Assembly (NCBI GenBank): GCA_047495785.1
Contig: JBLDXI010000019.1
Span: forward strand, 2,418,001 to 2,482,000
Direction of reading: 5' to 3'
Source of the DNA: Lepidodermella squamata
Lineage: Eukaryota; Animalia; Gastrotricha
DNA length: 64,000 nt
The translations under genes and the position numbers were made by a program. Shown here in pieces: positions 33,057 through 44,490 of this stretch. Each line of letters starts with the position of its first letter. Position 1 is the first letter of the stretch. Under the pieces are notes generated by a model. It saw nothing but the letters and a program-made list of their open reading frames with translations, did not search any database and was not told the DNA's origin.

Positions 33057-34257
33057 AAAACCTAGTCCTCGAATCGTTACGCCAGAAGTAGCGGGTCTCG
33101 CAACGGCAAACCAATCCAAAAGCCAGTGCAAACCCGATATAATATTGGAAAGCCTAGCCCGAGAACCGATACTAGCGTGAGCCGGTTTCCGACCCGGCTT
33201 GGCCTTTTCATTCAAATTTAGTCAAACCGGGAAAACCTGGAACATGAACCGGGATGCGGCGGTAACCAGTGACTCTCCCCACTAAGTGGGGATTTCGCTT
33301 AACAACGCGCGCGATAAATCCGGGTAGTAACCCGGGATGCCGTCGACCATTCCCTCGGCGAGGTCCGGTTTTTCAAAAATTCAAGTTATATCGGACCTCG
33401 ACGAGAGATTAGCTGACTTGCAATTTATTCGACTTTTGAGTTTCATTTGCGATGATTTAGGTTTTAGGTGAGAGCCCATGCACGTTGGCACGAATTTGAT
33501 GCTTTCAGAACTTGGGCGACTCAATTTTCCTCAGTCTAGTGTCTAGACTAATAGGTATTATATTATAGACTTTTAGAATGTAATTTTAGCAAACAATCGC
33601 TTTCTTAGATGCTCATCTCTTTCGAAAATTCTCAGCCGTCAATGGGGCAACTCTACCTGAATTCAACCTAATTTCAACCTTCAACTAATCATTTTGTGCC
33701 TAATTTGTCTTGTTTTGCTTGTATTAGTCTGCGATGATGGCTGCGAGAGGGCCTACACGCCTTTCTAAATGAGAAAAGTTCTCCACAAATCGTTTTTATC
33801 CAATAAGTACTTATTGTCTAATTTATTTGTATTTTATAAGAGGTATTCAAAGTTTTGGTTTAATCGGCCGGATAGCTGCTCTCCCACCCGCGCATCAAAC
33901 CTAAGCAGCTTTTCTCTTGTTTCCACTTTTTTAAATTAATCTGGCTCTCCGTCTAACTAAAGACTTGCACTTGTTGACCGCGGCTTATTGTTGTATAAGT
34001 TCCAAGTTGGAAATGATGAAAAGATGAAAAGGATGAAAGGATACGAAAATCGGGGTGAAAACCGGAATGGTGGAACCAAAACCGGGTCTGGTCAAAGCCG
34101 GGGCAAACCCGTGTCATTTTTCGCACGAGACCCGTTACGTATGGCGATACGCCACAGCCGGGTCGAAAGCCGGGCGTCCCGGTTCAGATAGTCTCACCTT
34201 ACATAACGGGTCTCGTGCGAAAAATGACACGGGTTACGGACTAGGTTTTTAATATAG
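33048..34257. mobile_element. Probable non-autonomous TIR element (hAT/P-like) at the subunit-5 breakpoint
   Basis: Imperfect termini CAATGTTAGAAAACCTAGTCC / GGACTAGGTTTTTAATATAG; CCGGG-rich subterminal repeats near both ends; no TSD recovered. Confidence 0.55.
34106..34235. repeat. Perfect 32-bp inverted repeat with 66-bp spacer
   Basis: AACCCGTGTCATTTTTCGCACGAGACCCGTTA (34106-34137) and its reverse complement (34204-34235). Confidence 0.9.
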
Positions 34258-34369
34258 GCGAAAACCGTGTCAGGTCTTAGAGTATAGCAATTGCTCAATT
34301 TCGGGCCCCCCTTAGATACGAGCTGGTAAAAATGTTCAAAAATCCCGCTTTTGGGCACTTTTTTCACAC

Positions 34370-34625
34370 CAGGTGACCTCAATGCGAAATCTCCGCTCTG
34401 GGGCACTACTGACTTGTGGAACCCTAATGGATACAAGCTTCACCATGTCGCCACTCGGCTCGGGTTGACAGTGTTACGCTCTGCTCTTACGCACATCGAT
34501 CTGAGGACTGGTAGTATGTCTACGCTTAGGGTCCTCAACGCTGCTGCGCCCTTGCGCCTGCTCAACGGTGACGTGTCAGTCGGCGACAGATTCAACAGCG
34601 ACCACTTCAGCACTTCCACTCGTAT
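34370..34625 (+). mobile_element. Fragment of a second LINE family (AP endonuclease C-terminal half)
   Basis: GDLNAKSPLWG...NPNG..L...TH...SDH motifs in ORF 34351..34650; unlike the APE sequence of the intact LINE. Confidence 0.75.
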
Positions 34626-35101
34626 CGGGTCGATGGTACCCAATTCATGAATTGTTCGATCCTTGGATGAATGCTTCTAATACGACTTCCGCTGAACCAT
34701 TGAAGCTGGTACTGAAAGCTGCTGCTGCTGAATCGGATGTGTTAGCTGAAGCGATGTCAAAGAGAAACTTAACTCAACCTGGTCGGATTAAAGGATGGGT
34801 AGATCTATGGATCGAAATTAAAAAAGCTACTACTGCTAAACCGGTTTTGAAGCCCGTTACTGACCCGAATGGATTATCTAAAGAGAATGCAACGGGTCGA
34901 GGGTATTCAATTCATGAATTGTTCGATCCTTGGATGAATGATTCTAATACGACATCAGCTGAACCATTGAAGCTGGTACTGAAGGCTGCTGTTGACTCGG
35001 ATGCGTTTAATGATGCGAAAAACTCAGCTCAACCGGGTCAATTTTCTTCGATTACGCTGATGATGGCTCTAGCTTCGGCCATTTGCATCAAAGCCTTTTG
35101 A
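34626..35101 (+). pseudogene. 5'-truncated paralog of the 37065 mucin/GPI-like gene, with an internal 267-bp-period duplication
   Basis: C-terminus KNSAQPGQFSSITLMMAL vs KNSAQPRQCFSITLMVIF; similar 3'UTR start; IHELFDPWMN.SNTTSAEPLKLVLKAA occurs twice; no signal peptide. Confidence 0.65.
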
Positions 35102-35645
35102 ATATCTTTAGCTAAATTTCAGCCGATGTGACAAAAAATGACTGACTAGGCTGAATTTGTGATTGCATTAGCTTATTCCTTGAAAAATATCTGTGATCTG
35201 CTGAATGTTAAAAGTTAAAATAATGAAGATCTATATAAATTATTTTTTGACTCTGAAAGATATATTTTTGTTTTCCCATTATTTATCATTTCACTGTGGA
35301 AATTGATTTCTGCAGTTTTGTTGCGTTCGCGCCGCGAACTTCGCGGCTTTGAGAAATGAATGATTTCTGTAAGCAGACAGCAGACTGAAAATTCAGCCCT
35401 TCCATGGGACAGAGAATATTAAAAATTCCATATATTTGGTGGCAGCTCCAGAATTAAAACATTGAGCGGCTTCGATCCTGACATTTATTCACCCTGTCAA
35501 ATCGTTACTCGACTTATAAACGGTGATTCCATCAATGTTTTAAACTTTCCTAAAATCGTCGTTAAATTGGGATATAATTTGAGAAATTGGTGACAAAAAT
35601 GCTTCTTGTGATTTTTGCGAAAAATTCCATTTAAAAAAATGCTAT

Positions 35646-35993
35646 TTTGCATCCGATGTGACTTGTAGCAATCATTTTTCTTTTTTGTCATTCTCCTGTA
35701 TTAAAGCTAAATTGGACCATATTCTTAGCAGGGAGTTATGTCAATACCGCCCCGTCAACCGAGATTTTCATTTTGGACAGGACAGAAACGTTTCTCAATA
35801 AAAAAAATGAGATCCAAATGGGTTATGACATTTTTGGGTGACTGCACCAAATTTGGAAAGCTGCAAGTTTCGGGTTGTGCAAATGTTGATTTTTGTGGAA
35901 ATCGGCGACATTGAAGAATAGTGGATCACCTCTCGATTAAATCTGAACCTTCTGACAAGAAAAATGATTGCCACAAGTCACATCGGATGCAAA
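35646..35993. repeat. 37-bp inverted repeat (1 mismatch), probable MITE remnant
   Basis: TTTGCATCCGATGTGACTTGTAGCAATCATTTTTCTT at 35646-35682; reverse complement at 35957-35993. Confidence 0.7.
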
Positions 35994-36368
35994 CTGACTG
36001 AATTTAGTTCGAATCGACTACGTTTCCGAGGCTCAAATCGCCGATGTCGAGCGTGATTTCCAGGAAAAAAGAATTCAGTGCAAAAATCGTTCGATAACAG
36101 AGAATAAAACAAAATATTTTCCAAACTACTATAAGTCATAATTATTGCAGATGACGTCGTGATTCATCAGGCGATTTTTTGCACAAAGCTCGAAAAAAGC
36201 AATAATAATCGGTATGTGGAAAAGCGCATCTATTATAGTTTTCCTACCAAGAACCGTTCCTTGGCCGGAAATTCCGGTTTGACAAGCGTCAAGTTGAAGG
36301 TGAGATCTACATGCCTTATTTTTTCGAGAAAATCGAAGGAATTGTGTTTTGAGATATAAATTGAGTTG

Positions 36369-36823
36369 AAGTAGCCACCCGAAATCACTTGTCATTTGCG
36401 TAGATTCGGCCGAATTTTTTTTAGTGATGTTGACAAGTGATTCACAGCGACCAAGAAAGCAAAAACTCTCGATGAATCATTTCGTCACACATAAATGTAC
36501 TAGATTTCTCTTTTTCATTTATATATGGCCGGCTTTTTCGCCAATTAGTCATCACATTAGTCATCACACTTGGCAACTTGGAAAACGCGCATGGCGTTAA
36601 GTAGCCACCCGAAATCACTTGTCATTTGCGTAAATTTTTCCGTATGTTTTATAGTGATGTTGACAAGTGATTCACAGGTCACGCGGCCAAGAAAGCAAAA
36701 ACTCCCGATGAGTCATTTCGTCCCACATAAATGCACTAGCGTGTAAGATCTCTCTTTTCATTTATCCATGGCCGGCTTTTCGCCAATTAGTCATCACATT
36801 AGTCATCAAAATTGGCGCTTGAA
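36369..36823. repeat. Tandem duplication (about 230-bp unit, two copies) upstream of the mucin-like gene
   Basis: AAGTAGCCACCCGAAATCACTTGTCATTTGCGTA at 36369 and 36599; both units end in CCAATTAGTCATCACATTAGTCATCA. Confidence 0.9.
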
Positions 36824-37064
36824 GTCAACTTTTTTTTCTTCTACCGCGTGGGACCATGCATGCCACTCACAAAAATAAGTCGAAATCTTCATTTCTATCG
36901 ATTTTATTCCACTGATTTTTCTGATTATTTCTCTTATTTCTCTCTGATTATTCTATTAAAATTATACTCTCTCAGGTTTTTTTCAATTTTCAAATTAATT
37001 TTTCTTTATTTCTTTAGCCATTTGTTTTACCGTCTGATTTTTTCCGGATTCTCTTATTCTTGAA

Positions 37065-37631
37065 ATGAAGCAAGTATTGGTGTTAACTGTTTTAGCTGCT
37101 CTGTCTGCTATGCTGTCCACAAGTTGCGCTTACAATAATTCGTTGACTACTGCCGAGTATTCCTCACAGCCGACTACTGCCACTATTTACGAGGAAGATA
37201 TTTCCTCGAAGCACACGGCGAATTCGACGAACCTTGATTCAATTGTGGCGGAGAAAAACACAAGTCAATCGAATTCCACCGCTGCACCGTCAGCTTTTAT
37301 TGCCGCCGTCAACAGTTCCTTCTCCGAATTTTCAGAGAAGGGATTTTTTGCTGGATTTTTTGCTGGGCTTTTCGGGGGAGAAAGTGCGACTGTGACCTCT
37401 ATCACGACTGCCAAGTCATCATCTGTTACCACTGCAGCCACGTCGACTGTCAGTACTACGACCACTGCTAAAGCATCGACGCTGGTAACAAAAGCCGGTC
37501 CAACTGCTGACTCGAATGCAATAGTTACAGAGAAGGGAACATCAACGGCACCGAAGAAAAACTCAGCTCAGCCTCGTCAATGTTTTTCAATTACGCTGAT
37601 GGTGATTTTTGGTTGCATTGCCGTCTTTTGA
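37065..37631 (+). CDS. Secreted/GPI-anchored Ser/Thr-rich mucin-like protein, 188 aa
   Basis: N-terminal signal peptide, S/T/A-rich body with N-glycosylation sequons, C-terminal NSA + spacer + hydrophobic tail; AATAAA at ~37882. Confidence 0.75.
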   Translation: MKQVLVLTVLAALSAMLSTSCAYNNSLTTAEYSSQPTTATIYEEDISSKHTANSTNLDSIVAEKNTSQSNSTAAPSAFIAAVNSSFSEFSEKGFFAGFFAGLFGGESATVTSITTAKSSSVTTAATSTVSTTTTAKASTLVTKAGPTADSNAIVTEKGTSTAPKKNSAQPRQCFSITLMVIFGCIAVF

Positions 37632-38637
37632 ATATCTTCAGCTGAAATTTCAGTCAATGTGACATCAGAAAAAAACCAACTGGTTATACTTGACTAAATT
37701 CTTGATTGATTGTCCACTAAGTAGATTATGACGTTATTGTTGACCGTGCCTTCTTCGGAAAAATGAATGTGTTGAATGCCTGATTCAATGCCTGATGAAG
37801 ATCTGAAGAAATTAATTTTTGTGCTCCAGAATCCAGAAGGATATTATTTGTGTGCTTTTATTCGTCACCTTTTATTTGTGAAATAAATACCGTAACGTGT
37901 GGTGATTGTGGACACGGTAACTTTGGATACTTTCGGCTTTGCAGGTGTTTAGCTTTTCAGGGTTGAACGTTTAAATCATGGGGGTTTTTGCATAAAATTC
38001 TCCGTCTCTTCAGCTTCCGTTTGAAATAAAAATCAAGGCGATTGGCGCTGAAATCGAATTTCAGAAAAAGTTGCAAGCAGTTATTCTTTGGGTGCCGTTT
38101 TGGGACCCCCCTTCTATCGTTCTAATAATCGAACAGTTTTCAATGAAAGTTGGCATGAGTATTCTCCTATCTATACTCTCCCTATAATCGAAGATAAAAT
38201 GGCAATCCGTCGACGCGTTTTAGCAGGTAGCAGGGCATTTACCTGAAAAACAGGTGAAAATTGGGGTAATTTTGGACACTTTTGGACGGGTTAAGTATGC
38301 TGCTGCGCAGAAACGTATTATTGACTTCCGAGAAACAGACATAGAGATGATAGAGTGCTCACTCGTAGCTAAGAGGGTGGAACGCTATAGGCACCAGATG
38401 GTAGGGGATTAACTCATTGTCCTGGGGGGAAAAACTGAACTAATTACGATTCGATCGATTGCACTTATCGCTCGATTTCTCGCTTCGATTGCTGGGGCCG
38501 AAGCCGAGCGTCGAGTCATTTAAAATTTGAAAGACGGCGGATTTTTTGGTACCAAATTTGGTCCAGAAATCTTTTCAGAGCAGGTTGAAAGGTGGCCGAG
38601 AGTAAAATTGAGAAAATCGCATTTCTCTTTCCAGGTA

Positions 38638-41600
38638 CAGGGTGTTCTTTTTAAAACCGAACATCCTGCCGTAGTCGCGAAAAATAAATTTGCCGGCTAT
38701 TTTACGAAAATAATTTTACTAAAATAATTTTTATCACTTTTAATATAAATTTTTAATTTTATTTTCAATTGCACGATGCCCTTGAATTTTAGCGCGCGTT
38801 GCCACGTCGACGCGTCGGTTTTTAAATTTTAGCGGTTAAAACGCCTGAAATCAGGGTTTTCGCGCCTGGTTCCTAAGGTAACCGGCAAGCGCGCGGCTCC
38901 TTGCCGCGCATCATTCAAGTCAGTTAAGCGAGCTAAATGTTTTAGCCGCGCCGTTTTTTCTTATTCGGTCTCAGTTTTCGCAATGTGGTATACCCAAAAT
39001 CGGTGAAAAGAGCCTTAAATTGCGCTTCCTTGCCGTTGAAATCCACCGCTGGAATCAAGAAGACGGCGGTGCAACGTGGTTTTCTGCTGCCTTGAGGAGT
39101 CTAATGATATAACAAGCGGCCTTGAAAACTTGTCGCTCAAGTTTCAGTCCGCGGATCAGAGAAACGCACCCTTTTCTGGGCGAAATGCAATGCAACTAGC
39201 TGTTTCACGATGAAAAGGGCAGTGGTATCATTTAAATAAACGGAAAGCTGGGGGGAAACATGTCGAATTTACTGGCATAGATGTTGCTGATGCGGAAGAG
39301 ACGTTGCCTTCCTTCTTTATCCTTGATGCTCTCTCATCCTTGTGTGATACTTCGTCGTCCGCAGTGAAGCCGTAACTAACTTCTATAGACTAATTAAAGC
39401 TGATCTCAAAGGCGTTACCACCGTTATCATCAAAGCTGTCTCGTAGAACATGTTCATAATATCAAAAAGAAAAAATACAAGGTATTTTAGATTACGATGA
39501 TTTAGCCGCTCAGTTCATTTCGTTTACTGCTGTTCGTAACATCAGTCATGTTCCTTACTAAGGATAGTGATTTACAAGTCAGCGTAGCTTGGTGCTTAGT
39601 AAGGACTGTCATCCTAATAGTCGTAACTGTGGACACTCACTCTTCACTCTACGCCGCGTCTTTTAAGGTGCACAGGTCCATCTGAGATCAGATCCTTAGA
39701 TCGCTCAGTCTGAAGCGGCGAAGTCTGAGTAAGGATTGTTGAGTAAGCCATTCCTACCAAGCATACCAGTGACACCGCGTCCTTACTTGGAAGCCATCTT
39801 GCTAAGGATGTCTTGCTTAGTAAGGACATCCTTAGTAAGGAATTCCTTATAGCAAGATTGCTTTCAAGCAAAGAGAGCGCTTAGCATCTCTTTTACTCAT
39901 AAATGCATCCTTAACATCCATAGCATGGAAAATCAACATCGCTAGGCTATGAACAGCCGTTTATTTGCACCATTCAGATCAAGATCAAGTATGAGTATGA
40001 GTATGAGTAAGTTGAGTGTTTAACAAAACGTCATGTAAACTTTAACATCATTGGCAGCATCCGGCGCGCGGCGTGAGTCGTTAAGAGTGAGAATTTAGCA
40101 TCATTTTCGGCGAAAAATTCATTGGTATCACTGGATCCGCCGGAGATTTGAAAACAGCCGATGACTGAGACAACGCTTAGGACTGATAACCGAGATCTTA
40201 TTCAGACATTGATCACTCGTTTGCGGCGGCGCAGGGCAGCGGCCGTGGTGATGCCTGTGTCCTGTCATCCATTTCCCTGCGGTAACCGCAGTTGCGGGCG
40301 GGTGTAACTGTTTGTGAGACTGCGGTAACAAAGCAAGTTTAACACCACGCCAGTCTTTGTCTTTTATATGCATCCCTTTGATCTCTGATTCTACGCGTCC
40401 AGTAAGAACAGTCCAGCATTCTCGCATAGATTTTACGTTTCTTGTAATATTTTAGTGGTAAACTATTTGATTGATGTAACTTCAAGCGCAATAAATCACA
40501 ATAATATAACGCGCCCCGCCCGCTGAATTTCCCGGAGAAATAGAAGAATAAGCGAAAACGAACGATTTCAAACCTTAGCCCTAATGCGGCCGCTGAAAAC
40601 CAGTAGCAGCGGCTGAAATGTGTCAACGGGTAAAGTCTTTTGCAGAATTTTAACACGATTAAAGCTATATATTCACACAATGCCTAAAATTCATGCATCG
40701 ACGTCATATGGCCCCATAAATCACGAAGGATTGCGGCTACAACGCGTTGAAACGTCCTCTAACAAGGATGGTATGGTATCAGAAAGCCGGCCCAGCGCTC
40801 GAGTTAGGGCGGCAACACCAGCATTTTTCTGCTTTATTGTCAAACTTACATCTTCTCTTAGCAAGTTCACTTATGTTGGCCAAAATTTAACCGCTAAATT
40901 ATTTGCTACGACCAAAAATATCCCGAAAAACCCGAAAAAACCCGAAAAATGCATGCCAAGCCACTTAAAGCGGAAAACCGCGTTGTCCAACCTAAAAGTA
41001 ATGGTAACAAAGAAATATACAGTTTATTCTACAAGAAAACCATGAGAAAGATTGTTCTTACCAGATTATTTCATGAAATGGGCTATCCTTAAGGTTGCTG
41101 ATCTGACTCAATGATTACGTCTAACCAGAGTGGGTAGGGCAGACGAAAGTCGATCCTGCGCTCGAATTACGGCGGCAACACTAGCTTTTTCCTGCTTTGT
41201 CGTCATATTGATATAGTCTCCAAGCAAAATCACCCAATTTTACCCATATCTGACCGTTGATTATTTCCCAGCATCAATAAATGTTCCGATAAACCCGAAT
41301 AACTCCATTTTAACGTCCAAATGCATCCTAAGCCGTAAAACGAGAAAAACCACGGTGACCCCCCAAAAAGACATGGTAACTAAGAAATTTACACTCTATT
41401 CTACCAGAAAACAATGAGTAACAATGCTAATTAAGCAAAATTCATGACATGGACCATCTTGAAGATCGTTCATCTTGCCAGAGGATGAGATCTAACACAG
41501 CAGGTATGGCAGAAGGAAGTCCCTCCTGCTCACGAGTTAGTATGGCAACACCGACTTTTTCTTGTTTCATTGTCAAAGTATTTATGTCTCCTAGTGAATT

Positions 41601-42422
41601 CACTCATTTGAGCCCCCATTTGACCGCTGAATTGTTTGCTAACATTGTAAATGTTCCGAATATCCCGAAAAACTCCATTTATCGACAGAATGCATCCATA
41701 GCAGCAGCAAGTGAAAAACCGCGGTGACCCTCCAAAAAGTAACGGTAACTAAGTAGTATTTACTCTGCTTTACAAGAAAACAATGAGAGACAGTGTTTTT
41801 GACGGGTGATTTGAAGGCATAGACCTCCTTGAAGATGGTGATAATGAGATCTATGCTCTGAAAGACCGGCTGGCTGTTACGGCAGACGTGCTAAAAATAA
41901 CCATCATCCTACAAAAACGGCTGTGGTAGTCTTGTAGAGAATACATTACTGTACTTAGAAACACTGTTTCCGCAAGGTATAACCGCACTTAGGTGAAAGT
42001 TTCCGGGGTTAAACGCTTAAGATCTGCGAAAAACGTCACAAAAAAGGCTTGTTTAGGCTTAGCAGTTACATCTAATTGAGCCATATTTAGAAAAAATGAC
42101 GCCGGCTGCCTTATTGAATGCTTGAAATGCTATCAGAAAAACACTAACAAAGGTGTCGTCACCGGTGATAAAGTGCGGAATTACGGGGATGAAGTTGCGC
42201 GCCGGGGAACTTGCGGTGCGCGGAGCGGCTACAACGCGAAAACGCGCGGCATCGCGCAGCACGCTTTTCCGTAGCAACAAAATTTTTATTTAAAAAAAAT
42301 TATTAATATAATAAAATAAAAATATTTTTAAAAGGATATTTAATTTTGTGCATAAAAATTTGCGGTAGCACGCGATTTTCCAACGCGCGCGGCGGATGTT
42401 CGGTTTTAAAAAGAACACCCTG
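38638..42422. mobile_element. Nested 3.8-kb non-autonomous Tc1/mariner-type element
   Basis: Perfect 29-bp TIR CAGGGTGTTCTTTTTAAAACCGAACATCC with TA on both sides; no transposase ORF visible. Confidence 0.88.
40730..41890. repeat. About three diverged tandem copies of a ~363-373-bp unit inside the mariner-type element
   Basis: Anchor GGCAACAC at 40811, 41174 and 41544; shared GACCG/AACCG, ATGCAT, GGTAAC and AGAAAAC.ATGAG blocks. Confidence 0.8.
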
Positions 42423-42424
42423 TA

Positions 42425-42874
42425 CTTAACACCTGGAAACAAGGTAAAATTGAAGGATGTTTTGAAGCCATTTTGTTCGCCAGGTCGAGACGATCATTTT
42501 GACACTTGATTTAGATCTGGGGACGCCATATTTCGATCGCTACAAATTTTCGAAATTAAAATACCTTGAAAGTCTATTTATTTGCCGATCATTTAAAAAA
42601 ATTGAAGCTAAAAAGCATTGTTGCGTAATATTTTGAGAAAAAGCTTTTTGCGCCAAATTTTGAAATTGAGAGATTTTATGGCGATGAATCATCGTCGTAT
42701 CATCGTGGTTCAAGCAAATAAATAGACTTTTTAGGTATTTTAATTTCGAAAATTTGTAGCGATCGAAATATGGCGTCCCCAGATCTAAATCAAGTGTCAA
42801 AATGATCGTCTCGACCTGGCGAACAAAATGGCTTCAAAACATCCTTCAATTTTACCTTGTTTCCAGGTGTTAAG
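42425..42874. mobile_element. Fold-back MITE with ~160-bp near-perfect inverted arms
   Basis: 42420-42585 is the reverse complement of 42714-42879; ends can be read as TA|CTTAACACC or TTAA|CACC (piggyBac-like). Confidence 0.85.
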
Positions 42875-44490
42875 TACAGATCATTCACAATGAAATTGCA
42901 ATGAAATTGCATATATGCAAATGAGTGTCCAAAACTACCCTCTAATTGTCCAAAGTTACCGGAATACATATTAATTAGCCAAAGGTCAGGTAAAATTCTC
43001 AAATTTTTTTAAATTTGCAGTAAATTCAAGAATCACCGTCCCCACCTTTGGTAAAAATTTCAGAAATTTAGGAGCAAAGGCTGATTTTTAATGTTCGAAA
43101 AACACGTTTTGTCCAAAGTTACCACTCGTTACGGTATAGGTACATGTTTAGCGTACATCTTTTACATTTTGAAATGACTCCAGCTTAATTCATCATTCGT
43201 TAAGAAAAGGCTGATAAGTTTTTTCTCATTTTTTCTTAATTTTCTGTGGCGGTTCCAGAATTTTACTTTGAAGATAGCGGTTTTGATCCTGATATTGAAG
43301 TAACATGAAACCATCGAACTAATAATTTCTAATATTAATTACTAATACTGAATGACGTTAATATACTAAATAAGTTTGCAATTTCATTTTTCAATCTGTG
43401 ACTTGTCCTTTCGATTCGCTTGGAGACGTAGAACCGCGTAAATTTTCTGGTTTGTGTTAAATAAACGCGTAATTCGAGGTGAATGGCAAGCCAATAGAGA
43501 AAGCACAAATAATTGGGATGAAAGATAATCCATCGCCTAAATTTACCTTCAATTTAAAAGTAACAGCAATGACGGCTAGGAATTTAGTTTTCTTTTACAC
43601 CGCCAAAGTCGATTGTCTATAGCATCTGTATAAATGGCAAATCCAGTGGCAGCCCATCTGTTCGTCCGAAGAATGGGGTGACATAGAGCTAGTGTAGGAC
43701 CTTAAGTATTGGCATTTGACAGGCGAAATTCCTAACAATAACTGGCGGCATTGGTTGAAATGTGCACTGGATCCGCAGTGGCAATAGCATTTTCTGTGCC
43801 GATTATACCACTCAAAGCGCCTTAATGCAACAGATAAATCCCTACCTCATTCATCACGCAAAATTAAATATTCGATTGCGAACTAGAAAGCCTGCCATCA
43901 AAGCGGTATGCGTAAAAAAAGAATAACCTTCAATTAGCCAATATCTCGCGATATATTTTTAAAATTTGTTAGAATTTAATCAAGAGCTGATGTTTTGAAA
44001 CAATCAAAACTCATTGAAATCAGTCTGGAAGTGAATTAGTCGAGTGGACAAGCATGGCTTTCCACTTCAAAGGCTAAGGCGCTCTGATTGGAAATGGAAT
44101 GGCGATGACCAGTTGGCAGTGGGACGGCAAGTTGCATGCTAGGCTCTAGGCAGAGGTGTTGATCTCAAAATTGCGTCAATATTGTATCAGCCATATGAAC
44201 CTGAAGTCTTCCAACAACTTGATGATGTAGCCTTGTTGCACATCTGCATTGTTGCTATTCAAACAACGCTATCTTACTCGGAAAAATATGCAGCTGTGAC
44301 GTTTGCGTTATTTCTTCAAGATGTCAGCGTTTGTCGTGCTTATCTGCTAATTTTGGTTTCGGTAGGTTTTGTTATAGCGACATTTTATCAGGTTTTTTCC
44401 TAAATGCTTATTAAATACATTCAGACGTACGTTGATACCAAACTTTCATAATGTCAATATAATTGAAAATCGTTTATAACTCAGATAAAA

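Larger units (their letters stand above)
37890..43134. mobile_element. Outer non-autonomous pogo/Tc1-mariner-superfamily element (about 1 kb of its own sequence) hosting nested insertions
   Basis: TA|CCGTAACGTGTGGTGATTGTGGACA ... TGTCCAAAGTTACCACTCGTTACGG|TA; paralogous flank (35435-35485 vs 43245-43297) resumes after the element. Confidence 0.8.

Noticed and set aside
36369-41890. CRISPR-like arrays
   Set aside because: Repeat units are long, few and lack unique spacers; eukaryotic context with no cas genes
42540-43002. Short ORFs in the fold-back region
   Set aside because: They arise from MITE inverted arms and have no protein features
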